A DNA stretch of 64,000 nucleotides, from positions 17,348 through 81,347 of the forward strand of contig JBCCYL010000004.1 of NCBI GenBank assembly GCA_039189765.1. The letters are read 5' to 3'. The DNA comes from Cyanobacteria bacterium P01_F01_bin.150 (lineage in GTDB: Bacteria > Cyanobacteriota > Cyanobacteriia > CAKZMO01). The stretch's first letter is position 1; each line of letters opens with the position of its first letter. Positions 9,129-16,964 of the stretch are shown one piece after another. The notes under the pieces are model-generated. The model saw only the letters and a program-made list of their open reading frames with translations. It made no database searches and had not been told where the DNA came from. The translations under genes were made by a program, and so were the position numbers.

Positions 9129-9200
9129 GGGCTGTTAGCTAAGTGGTAAAGCAGCCGCCTCTTAAGCGGAAGAGCATGGGTTCAACTCCCATACAGCCCA
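9129..9200 (+). tRNA. tRNA-Lys (CTT)
   Basis: acceptor gggctgt/acagccc, A73, loop ctCTTaa (4-bp anticodon stem + mismatch). Confidence 0.55.
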
Positions 9201-9201
9201 T

Positions 9202-9280
9202 TGCGGGGATGGAGCAACAGTTTGGCTCGACGGTCTCATAAGCCGTAAATCGGTGAGTGCAATTCTCACCCCCGCGTCCA
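9202..9280 (+). tRNA. Second tRNA with anticodon CAT (Met/initiator-like/Ile2 undetermined), CCA encoded
   Basis: gcggggatggagca 5' end resembles initiator tRNA, arm acggt-ctCATaa-gccgt, non-canonical T-loop tgcaatt. Confidence 0.5.
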
Positions 9281-9283
9281 ACT

Positions 9284-9357
9284 GCGAATGTGATGTAACG
9301 GTAGCATGTGAGGCTTCCAACCTCTTCGTGCAGGTTCAAATCCTGTCATTCGCTCCA
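9284..9357 (+). tRNA. tRNA-Gly (TCC), CCA encoded
   Basis: acceptor gcgaatg/cattcgc, U73, loop ctTCCaa. Confidence 0.65.
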
Positions 9358-9361
9358 AATT

Positions 9362-9436
<75 letters not shown>

Positions 9437-9438
9437 GC

Positions 9439-9510
9439 GCGGATGTGGTGTAAGTGGAAACATCAAAGACTGCCAAGCTTTAGTTGCGAGTTCGACCCTC
9501 GTCATCCGCT
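9439..9510 (+). tRNA. tRNA-Gly (GCC)
   Basis: acceptor gcggatg/catccgc, U73, loop ctGCCaa. Confidence 0.6.
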
Positions 9511-9606
9511 TTGTTAGCTTTAGAAGCTAGTATCCTAGCCAAGACGCCAGATGCAATGCAAATTCCGCCTTCTGCCTTTTGCTTTCTACCCTCTGCCTTG
9601 CTTCAA

Positions 9607-9707
9607 AGTCCCGTAGCTCAACGGTGGAGCACTTGTCTTACAAACAAGGGGTTGTGGGTATTCCCTATCGGGAACGCTTGCGCGAACAAATCCCACCGGG
9701 ACCACCA
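9607..9707 (+). tRNA. tRNA-Val (TAC) carrying a 27-nt insertion in the T-loop (approx 9660..9686), CCA encoded
   Basis: acceptor agtcccg/cgggacc (A1-C72 mismatch), arm cttgt-ctTACaa-acaag, T-stem gtggg/cccac separated by 33 nt instead of 7. Confidence 0.5.
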
Positions 9708-9710
9708 TTT

Positions 9711-9787
9711 GGGAGTGTAGCTCAATGGACTAGAGCACCGATCTTCTAAATCGGCTGTTGTAGGTTCGAATCCTACCACTCCTGCCA
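9711..9787 (+). tRNA. tRNA-Arg (TCT), CCA encoded
   Basis: acceptor gggagtg/cactcct, arm ccgat-ctTCTaa-atcgg, canonical T-arm. Confidence 0.7.
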
Positions 9788-9813
9788 TCTCGCACAAAAC
9801 ATATAGCCAACAT

Positions 9814-9886
9814 GGGCCTGTAGCTTAACTGGGAAAGCGTCTGTCTTGCAAACAGAAAGATGTCGGTTCGATTCCGACCAGTGTCC
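9814..9886 (+). tRNA. Degenerate Ala-like tRNA (TGC) with two acceptor-stem mismatches, probable pseudogene
   Basis: arm tctgt-ctTGCaa-acaga and T-arm gtcggttcgattccgac fine, but acceptor gggcctg vs cagtgtc does not pair fully. Confidence 0.35.
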
Positions 9887-9946
9887 ACTTGCCGGAGGGG
9901 CGATCGCACCCCACCCAATCGCCCTCTGGCTCTTCATCATACTTGT

Positions 9947-10045
9947 GGGAGTGTCGCCTAATGGATTGGGCACCAGTCTTCGAAACTGGTCTGTGTGGGT
10001 AACTCCTAACGGAGACGCTTGCGCGAACGATTCCTACCACTCCTG
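9947..10045 (+). tRNA. tRNA with anticodon TCG (Arg) carrying the same 27-nt T-loop insertion (approx 10001..10027); same acceptor as Arg(TCT)
   Basis: acceptor gggagtg/cactcct, arm ccagt-ctTCGaa-actgg, T-stem gtggg/cctac separated by 33 nt. Confidence 0.5.
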
Positions 10046-10053
10046 TCAAATTC

Positions 10054-10125
10054 GGGACCATAGCTCAACTGGAAGAGCACCTGCCTTGCAAGCGGGAGGT
10101 AGGGGTTCGATTCCCCTTGGCTCCA
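10054..10125 (+). tRNA. tRNA-Ala (TGC) with G3-U70
   Basis: acceptor gggacca/tggctcc (G3-U70, one A-C mismatch), A73, arm cctgc-ctTGCaa-gcggg. Confidence 0.65.
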
Positions 10126-10127
10126 CT

Positions 10128-10203
10128 GTGACGGAAACCGAAGTGTTCGAGGTGCTGGTCTGTGAAACCAGTTTTAGCGAGTTAGAGTCTCGTCCGTCAC
10201 CCC
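10128..10203 (+). tRNA. Degenerate His-like tRNA (GTG) with G-1/C73 but no canonical D- or T-loop; probable pseudogene
   Basis: 8-bp acceptor g-tgacgga/tccgtca-c, arm ctggt-ctGTGaa-accag, D-region cgaa-gtg-ttcg lacks GG, T-loop ttagagt. Confidence 0.35.
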
Positions 10204-10223
10204 AAGTTCTCTCACTCCATATA

Positions 10224-10338
10224 TGGAAGGTGCCGCCAATGGTTGGCAATCGGTCTCGAAATCCGAGGGATAGCATCGCTATCGGGGTTTCTCCTATCAG
10301 AGACGCTTACGCGAACAATTCCTCCACCTTCCGCTCCA
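10224..10338 (+). tRNA. tRNA-Ser (CGA), class II, carrying the 27-nt T-loop insertion (approx 10289..10315)
   Basis: acceptor (t)ggaaggt/accttcc, G73, loop ctCGAaa, long variable arm, then insertion ttctcctatcagagacgcttacgcgaa. Confidence 0.45.
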
Positions 10339-10345
10339 AAAACAT

Positions 10346-10423
10346 GTTGGCCGAATCCAAAGTGGACGCGGAACTGGTTTGTGACACCAGTTGTAGCGGG
10401 TTCAAGTCCCGTCGGTCAACCCA
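10346..10423 (+). tRNA. tRNA-His (GTG) with encoded G-1 and C73, CCA encoded
   Basis: g-ttggccg/cggtcaa-c, D-loop aaagtggacgc, arm ctggt-ttGTGac-accag, T-arm gcgggttcaagtcccgt. Confidence 0.7.
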
Positions 10424-10427
10424 TTTC

Positions 10428-10542
10428 TGGAAGGTGCCGCTAATGGTTGGCAATCGGTTTGGAACACCGAGGGATGGCATGCTGCTATCGAGGTTTCTCC
10501 TATCGGAGACGCTGACGCGAACGATTCCTCCTCCTTCCGCCA
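10428..10542 (+). tRNA. tRNA-Ser (GGA), class II, carrying the 27-nt T-loop insertion (approx 10495..10521), CCA encoded
   Basis: perfect anticodon stem tcggt-ttGGAac-accga, G73, insertion ttctcctatcggagacgctgacgcgaa; paralog of 10224..10338. Confidence 0.5.
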
Positions 10543-10846
10543 GTATTAATTGCATTACCAACATTCTTCCAAAACTATGAATACCTCAGCCCCAGGCACG
10601 AAGCAAGACAATGCCACTCGACTAAACCAACCGATGTTTAGCAAGCAAGCTGCCCGAAATTATAGAGTGCTATTGCCAGCACTACCTCGATATTTTGGTC
10701 GTCTTCTTCAAAATGATGATCCCATTAACCCAGTTTCTGAAAAAGACTATTACATGGTTCGTCGATTCATGTAATACCCGTACATTGGCTAGCTTTGTTT
10801 AGCGATCGCCCCATCATAAATAAAGCTAGTCATTCATCCACCAGAG

Positions 10847-10923
10847 GCCGAAAAGCGAGGCACCGTGCTGATAACGCGGCGATAGCAGGGGCAGTACCTG
10901 CCTGGTGGACTTTGGAGATTTGG
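10847..10923 (+). promoter_or_regulatory. Candidate structured leader: 8-bp stem ccaccagg/cctggtgg enclosing about 60 nt, upstream of NADAR gene
   Basis: Inverted repeat seen in sequence; no riboswitch class recognised. Confidence 0.2.
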
Positions 10924-10982
10924 TCGTGTTGAAACTATAACGGACAAATAACGATCGCCCATTAGTTTATTGGAGGACACCC

Positions 10983-11435
10983 ATGACCATTTACTTTTAT
11001 AGCAACCGTGAAAAGCCCTATGGATGCTTTTCAAACTTTTCAAGTCATGGATTTGAATTAGATGGTCAGTGGTGGCCAACAAGTGAGCACTATTTTCAAG
11101 CCCAGAAGTTTATTGAAACGGCACCGTATTGGGCCAAGAAAATCCAAGAGGCTAAAGCTCCTAAAATTGCTGCCACGATGGGGCGCGATCGCCGCTACCC
11201 TCTCCGCACTGATTGGGAAGACGTAAAGGACGACATTATGAGTAATGCCGTTCTTCAAAAATTCACTACCCATGAGGATATTCGCTCCATCCTCTTATCC
11301 ACCAGAGATAAGCACATAGTCGAAAATGCGCCCGGAGACTACTACTGGGGCTGTGGTAAAGACGGCAGCGGCAAAAACAAGCTGGGCCAGATTTTAGTGG
11401 CCGTTCGTGCCCAGCTTAGAGAACAATCACCGTAA
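10983..11435 (+). CDS. NADAR / YbiA (DUF1768) family protein
   Basis: YGCFSNFSSHGFELDGQWWPTSEHYFQAQKF matches the YbiA/NADAR N-glycosidase signature. Confidence 0.7.
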   Translation: MTIYFYSNREKPYGCFSNFSSHGFELDGQWWPTSEHYFQAQKFIETAPYWAKKIQEAKAPKIAATMGRDRRYPLRTDWEDVKDDIMSNAVLQKFTTHEDIRSILLSTRDKHIVENAPGDYYWGCGKDGSGKNKLGQILVAVRAQLREQSP

Positions 11436-11448
11436 TTCTAAATACGCC

Positions 11449-12204
11449 ATGAGTGAACATCGGCTCGACGAAATATTAATTGAGCGCCCCCGCAGCGGGT
11501 GGCGCAAGAAAACGTCTCGCAATACAAAATTCTGGAGACAGCTTACGGAGGAAGCTAGCACCGATGGGTTATTAAGACCGTATCGAATTAAGACTCGCGA
11601 TCGCACCAAGTATCTCTCTGATAATCTAGGACCGCTACGAGGTTTTTTACAATCCAGGGTGGGCCAGCAGTGGGATGAGGTGTACAGCGAACTATCTCAG
11701 CGGCTCGATCGCAATACCGTATCGGGGCAACATGTGATTCAACACCTTTGGCTGGAGGTCTATCGTTATGTCGAAATTATCGATGGCGTAGTCTACTCCA
11801 AAGCTGGGGCAGATGGCTGGTATGGTAGCCGGGAATTGGGGCGATGGCGTAGAGATTTTTATGTTCATCCTCAAACGGGAGTGCTGTGTGTTGTCAATCG
11901 CAAGCCCCGCCGAGCCAAACCTAAGCCTGACAAGGATGTGATTAAAATCAACGATCGCTACCACTATCGCAAAATTAATGGGATTTGGTACGAAATTGAA
12001 CTCCAGGATATTCCCCGCTTTCGATCGGTGCGGGATGTGGTGCTGAAGGTAACGGTGAGTCCTACTATGAGCGATCGCACCCGACATCTTATTTGCCACA
12101 CTTATTGGCAATTTGGAAAAGACCAATATGCAGCCCGTAAGCGTCAATGTAATAAAAAGGAGTTGAAGCATATCTCCAAACAAATCAACACTCAACAATC
12201 TTAA
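11449..12204 (+). CDS. Hypothetical basic protein (start taken at second in-frame ATG, 14 nt after NADAR stop)
   Basis: 252-aa ORF, Arg/Lys-rich, no motif recognised; longer ORF 11407.. overlaps NADAR. Confidence 0.5.
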   Translation: MSEHRLDEILIERPRSGWRKKTSRNTKFWRQLTEEASTDGLLRPYRIKTRDRTKYLSDNLGPLRGFLQSRVGQQWDEVYSELSQRLDRNTVSGQHVIQHLWLEVYRYVEIIDGVVYSKAGADGWYGSRELGRWRRDFYVHPQTGVLCVVNRKPRRAKPKPDKDVIKINDRYHYRKINGIWYEIELQDIPRFRSVRDVVLKVTVSPTMSDRTRHLICHTYWQFGKDQYAARKRQCNKKELKHISKQINTQQS

Positions 12205-12606
12205 TGATATGTACTTGTACTCGCTAAAAATTCAAGGGGAGGTGGCCGAAAATGGAAAGGCACCGTAAAAACGTTGGAAAACGGTTCCCAAAAGGACAGC
12301 CGGGTTTGTCAAAGTAGGGTTTATAGCTGCATTGTGGCGTTCCCCGAAAACCGCAAACGAGCAGCGGGTTGCAGAGGCACTGAACGGAATCACCATCCAA
12401 GATGGGGGCAGTTCCCATTTGCCTACGGGTAGTAAGGAAGCGCGTTTCCTGAAAGCTGCTGACGGCTGCATGCGAGTTCGCTTCCCGTCCTCTCCATTTA
12501 TCTAAACGTTATGGTGTGTGCATCGCGCACACCATAGCCCCAACACTCTTGGGAGAGTTATGGCGTTGGGGCGTTGGGGCGTTGGAAGGTTTCGAGTTTT
12601 GAATTA

Positions 12607-12660
12607 GGTTTTCTGCCTTCTGCTTTTATTTCTGCCTTCTGTCTTCTGCCTTCTGCCTTT
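12607..12660. repeat. STRR-like imperfect tandem heptamer repeat (ctgcctt)n, preceded by 8-mer repeat ggcgttgg x3 (12560..12585)
   Basis: ttctgccttctgcttttatttctgccttctgtcttctgccttctgccttt; similar CT-rich motif at 9567..9604. Confidence 0.6.
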
Positions 12661-12800
12661 CTTATCATTTGACACGTGCTATCCAGATGATTGCTATGGA
12701 TACGGTGTGATTGTGCTTTCCTTTGACAAGATTTAACAGCTATTGGTGTGCTCCGCATCTCAATGGTCTGCCTTAAAATTTGGGCCATACTCCAAAAATA

Positions 12801-13985
12801 TTAGCCGAAAACATCAGCCGGATCAGCGATCAGGACTTTGCGAACGGCGATCGCCCCCGACACCAGGCACATAATCACCGTGGCAATAAAAATATTGAGC
12901 GCCCGTTCGGTGGTCATTTGCAGCAGTAGTCCAGTAGCCTCCGCTGCTGAATCATACAATAGATAGCTAACGATAACGCTGGGAATAAAACCAATTAGGG
13001 CCAGAACCATCGCCTCTTGGATCACAATCATTAGCAAATGGCCGTTAGTATAGCCGATGGCCTTAAGCGTGGCGTATTCGGCCCAGTGATCCGCCACATC
13101 GGTGTAGAGAATTTGATAGACCAGAATAATCCCCACCACAAAACTCATGGAGGTAAGCAGGCTAAAGACAAAGCCAATATTGGTGTTCTCTTCCCAATAG
13201 ATTCGCTCTCGCAGGGCAAATTCATCCTTGGAGAAAATGGCCACATCGTCGGGGAGGCGATCGCGCAGTACGTCCACCAGGCCACTGACATCACTTCCCG
13301 GTGCCACCGTCAATAATCCAATATCCACCGTACTCAGCGTACGACTATCTTTTTCAGGCCCCAAGCGAGCAAAATAGCGAATAAAATTCTGATCGCTCAT
13401 TACGATATTGCCGTTACCAGCTGCAAAATCAGTGCCCAGGCTGAAGTTGCCAACGACATTAATTTGTTGCTCCATTAGCTCGGTGGTAATCCCTGCCTCG
13501 GTGGGACCGACTTCGGAACGCGATCGCCCATCGATCACCGTGGTCCAAGGCAGTTTAAGCGTATCCGTCTGGTTTACAATACCTGGCAGTGGCAGGACCG
13601 GATCATCTGGATTAAAGGCAATTACCCGTAGAGGAATCACCTTTTTACTATCAGGATTTTTCCAGTTGCCCACTGCAATATAGATGGGATAGGCATCCTC
13701 TACCCCATCAAATGCCTGGGCTTGATAAAGGCGACGCCGGGCGAATTGCTCCGGCACAAACATATTTTCCTTGATTTTATTAATCACCACAATATCGCCA
13801 TTTAGCCGCTGGAGCAGTTGAATTTGGCTATCGTATAGGGCATTTTTAAACCCCAGGAAAATAAACATCAGCAATGCGGCAAAGGCAACTCCTCCAATCG
13901 CTGTCAGCAGGTGACGCTTGTCGTGGGTCAGGTTAAACCACGGCAGTACTGTGTAACGAGGCGGCAGTCGTAAAGGCAAGGGCAT
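12801..13985 (-). CDS. ABC exporter permease, DevC/FtsX-like family (second of two tandem paralogs)
   Basis: N-terminal TM then large periplasmic domain and C-terminal FtsX-like 3-TM bundle; start set at ATG overlapping upstream stop (TAATG). Confidence 0.8.
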   Translation of the reverse strand: MPLPLRLPPRYTVLPWFNLTHDKRHLLTAIGGVAFAALLMFIFLGFKNALYDSQIQLLQRLNGDIVVINKIKENMFVPEQFARRRLYQAQAFDGVEDAYPIYIAVGNWKNPDSKKVIPLRVIAFNPDDPVLPLPGIVNQTDTLKLPWTTVIDGRSRSEVGPTEAGITTELMEQQINVVGNFSLGTDFAAGNGNIVMSDQNFIRYFARLGPEKDSRTLSTVDIGLLTVAPGSDVSGLVDVLRDRLPDDVAIFSKDEFALRERIYWEENTNIGFVFSLLTSMSFVVGIILVYQILYTDVADHWAEYATLKAIGYTNGHLLMIVIQEAMVLALIGFIPSVIVSYLLYDSAAEATGLLLQMTTERALNIFIATVIMCLVSGAIAVRKVLIADPADVFG

Positions 13986-15205
13986 TAGGAAAACACCTCC
14001 GCTGGATCTGCATTCACCGCTTTTTGCACCGACACTAACCCGGAAAGACAACACATCATTACCGTTAAAATAAGCACAAAGACAGCTCGCTGCAAAGTCA
14101 TCCCCACGGGCAAGGTGCCAGCAGTGGCTTTTATGGTCAAGTCATATAGTCCCATGGCCAGGGCAAACCCTGGAATATAGCCCAATATCGCCAGAATCAG
14201 GGCCTCTTGTAATACGATGCCAAATAGAAACCAGCGGCCATACCCCATGGCTTTGAGGGTGGAGTATTCGATCATATGGTTAGAAATATCAGTGTAGAGC
14301 ACCTGATAGACAATCACTACCCCCACAATCACGGCGACACCGACCCCTAAACTAAAAATAAATCCGATGGAGGTGTTGGTCAGCCAATAGACACGTTCCC
14401 GTTCCGTAAGCTGTGCTTGGGTCATGACCGCCACATCTTCTGGCAGAATTTTGTCTAGCATATCTACCATTTGCTGCGGGTCTACTCCCTCTTCGATTTG
14501 AATTAGGCCAAAATCAATGGTACTCAGCGGTCGGGGATCAAAATAGCGACGGTAGTTCTGGTCACTCATAATTACGGTTCCGTCTGCCGCAAATCCTCCC
14601 CCCAAGCTGTATTGACCGACAATCTCCACACTGCGTCGATCCAGCTCTGTTTGGATACCGATATCCTGGGGGCCAAATTCGGGACGAGACTGGCGATCAA
14701 ACGCCACCGTATCAGGTTGCTGGAGGCGTCTGAGAGTCTCTGGGTCACTTAATTCTGGTAGTTTAAAGACCGGGTCATTCAGATTAAAGCCATAGCTAAA
14801 CATCGCTCGGTTAACGCGAGTTTCAGGGTTTTTCCACTGAACGTAGCCCACATATAAGGGCATGACCCGTTTGACCCCTTTAATGCCAGCGGCTTGATAG
14901 ATGCGTTCAATGGGGAACGGTTCGGAAGTGGTGATTTCTAAGGTCTTAGGGGAGTATAAAAAAATATCCGCGTTCATCTGCTCATAAATCTGACTAGCAG
15001 TGAGGGATAACGCACCCATAAATCCCAAATTCATAAAAACCAGCAGAACCGCAAACACCACCCCTGCGATCGCTGCCACCAGCCGAGTTTTCTCGTGTAC
15101 TAAATTTAACCACGCCAATGGTGTTTTCATTGGCCCAGTGAGTCCCCATGAGACCTTTTGTCGTCCCATCAAAGGAACCTTTAGACGCCCTAGCTTAATG
15201 TTCAC
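13985..15205 (-). CDS. devC: ABC exporter permease, DevC/FtsX-like family
   Basis: Same architecture as neighbour; conserved WLNLVHEK/THDK N-terminal motif of DevC proteins. Confidence 0.8.
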   Translation of the reverse strand: MNIKLGRLKVPLMGRQKVSWGLTGPMKTPLAWLNLVHEKTRLVAAIAGVVFAVLLVFMNLGFMGALSLTASQIYEQMNADIFLYSPKTLEITTSEPFPIERIYQAAGIKGVKRVMPLYVGYVQWKNPETRVNRAMFSYGFNLNDPVFKLPELSDPETLRRLQQPDTVAFDRQSRPEFGPQDIGIQTELDRRSVEIVGQYSLGGGFAADGTVIMSDQNYRRYFDPRPLSTIDFGLIQIEEGVDPQQMVDMLDKILPEDVAVMTQAQLTERERVYWLTNTSIGFIFSLGVGVAVIVGVVIVYQVLYTDISNHMIEYSTLKAMGYGRWFLFGIVLQEALILAILGYIPGFALAMGLYDLTIKATAGTLPVGMTLQRAVFVLILTVMMCCLSGLVSVQKAVNADPAEVFS

Positions 15206-15206
15206 G

Positions 15207-16406
15207 TCAGTCCCCTGCTACATCAATGCGCACGTCCACCTGCAAATTGGTTAGGGCTTCCACTTTCTCACTGTCATCTAGCTGAACCCCTACCTCTACG
15301 ACTCGCGCATCCGCATTTGCCGCAGGGTCATCATCCAACACATCATTTTTAAATATCTGCCAGCCAATTTCGGTAACCTTGCCCGTCAGGGTTTCTTCAA
15401 AGGCTCCGTTGCGGCTATTAATTTCCGCCGCTTGACCGATTTCCACCAGATTCACGTCGGTTTCATACACTTCAGCGATAACCACCATTTGCCGAGTGTT
15501 ACCCAAATCCAGAATGCCATCGTTAGCGATCGCCTCCCCCGCCTCGGTCAGAACGTTTAGAACTCGGCCATTTTTTGGAGCACGAATCACCGTCCGCTCC
15601 AATCGAGCTTCAGCCAGCTCTAAATTACGCTCAGCCGAATCCACCGCCACTTGAACTTGAGCACGACTCAAGTCCGCTTGGGCCGATCGCAACTGATTAT
15701 TGGCCAGCGCCAAATCCGTGGCGCGGGCTTCTTCTAGCTGAATCAGAGTTGCTTTTGCGTTGTTTAACTCTTCTTCAATCCGACGGGTGGTGGTCGCCTG
15801 TGAGTCAAACTGCTGTTCAGCGATCGCTCCCTCTGCAAACAAACCCTCAAATCGGTCCAAGTCCTCCTGGGCCAGCTCTAGTTCCGCTTCCAATCGACGA
15901 ATGGTCGCCCTCTGGGCATCCATTTCTGAAGCTTTGGGTCGATCGGCCTGCTGAATGCGCGCCTCGGCTTCCTGAATTTGCGATTGGCCATAAGCTGTTT
16001 CCGCGCTCAGACTTTGTCGGGCCTCCGCTAACTGAGACACTGCATAATTCCGCTCCGCTTTACGCTCTCCGTGACTTTCAAGATAGGCAAGAACTTCATT
16101 TTCAATAACCTCCTGCCCCTCTTTAACCTCCAAGCGACTAATCCGTTCACCCACAGGACCGCTGATACGCACCACTTCACCTTGGGGTTCAATTCGCCCC
16201 AGAGCGACTACAGACGTCCGCTGGAGTCGGGAAGGAGGATCGCTATCCCCCGCTTGAATCTCAGAGGAACTGTCGGAGCGGGCGAGGGTAGCAGAGCGGG
16301 TCTGATGATACTGAAACGCTCCCATTGCCAGCAACGCCAACGCGATGGCACCACCAATCCACACCGTGGCACCCATTCGTCGTTGTGTTACTTCAGGTTT
16401 GACCAT
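15207..16406 (-). CDS. devB: HlyD-family membrane-fusion protein, DevB-like
   Basis: N-terminal TM, long coiled-coil (AEARIQQADRPKASEMDAQRATIRRLEAELELAQEDLDRFE), beta-barrel C-terminus. Confidence 0.8.
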   Translation of the reverse strand: MVKPEVTQRRMGATVWIGGAIALALLAMGAFQYHQTRSATLARSDSSSEIQAGDSDPPSRLQRTSVVALGRIEPQGEVVRISGPVGERISRLEVKEGQEVIENEVLAYLESHGERKAERNYAVSQLAEARQSLSAETAYGQSQIQEAEARIQQADRPKASEMDAQRATIRRLEAELELAQEDLDRFEGLFAEGAIAEQQFDSQATTTRRIEEELNNAKATLIQLEEARATDLALANNQLRSAQADLSRAQVQVAVDSAERNLELAEARLERTVIRAPKNGRVLNVLTEAGEAIANDGILDLGNTRQMVVIAEVYETDVNLVEIGQAAEINSRNGAFEETLTGKVTEIGWQIFKNDVLDDDPAANADARVVEVGVQLDDSEKVEALTNLQVDVRIDVAGD

Positions 16407-16964
16407 TAGTTTATGCCTATTGCTTTGTCAGTGCGGAGATCTACGTCAAGTAGAGCAGCCAACATCTTTAGGATAAAGCGACTATCGACTTCAAGCTGGA
16501 TTATCCACACAACAGATTGCAATGATAATTATTTGACAGGACTCGCTCCCTTACCTCCCCCATTCAGGTGATATGGCCGTAGACACTTTTATTGGGAGGG
16601 AGAGTTTTTTGGGGGATGCGAACGTGTCCACACACAGACTCCTACACCAATTGTGAGCATGGTTACAATTGCTCTACTCAATCATGCTCTACGACTTTAG
16701 GGGGATGGGTCGTATGGCATTGCTGATATACTCTAAGGTGAGGTGGTGAAAAACAACAGTACTGCTGTTTTGCCAAAGCCATATACGCCTTACACAGTTG
16801 TCGGCATGTGTTGGCACATGTTGGTATAGGACTTTCTCTCAAAAACTAAGCTGCTAAGGCTAAGTGCTCATCGTTTACTTAAGCTCATAGCGACTAGGGT
16901 CGTAAGTTCCATTGCATTGAAATGTCACCATTAAGATAGATTATGCTGCGGGGAGGCATACGCG

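Noticed and set aside
9660-10521. The T-loop insertions as sequencing or assembly artefacts
   Set aside because: Four independent copies in different tRNAs have homologous but non-identical sequence and compensatory base changes. Artefacts would not covary.
11407-11448. Longer start (11407) for the protein downstream of NADAR
   Set aside because: It would overlap the NADAR coding region by 29 nt. The next in-frame ATG at 11449 gives a 14-nt intergenic gap.
12205-12560. RNase P RNA, tmRNA, SRP RNA or cobalamin riboswitch in the structured non-coding stretch
   Set aside because: I could not find the conserved signature sequences (for example the RNase P P4 GGAAAGUCCGGGCUCC element or the B12 box GCCACUG). 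This needs an Infernal scan and is left as an unexplained region.
13986-14054. N-terminal 23-codon extension of the second DevC-like ORF (ORF track start 14054)
   Set aside because: The extension overlaps the upstream gene by 70 nt. An internal ATG at 13985 overlaps the upstream stop (TAATG) and yields a conserved DevC N-terminus.
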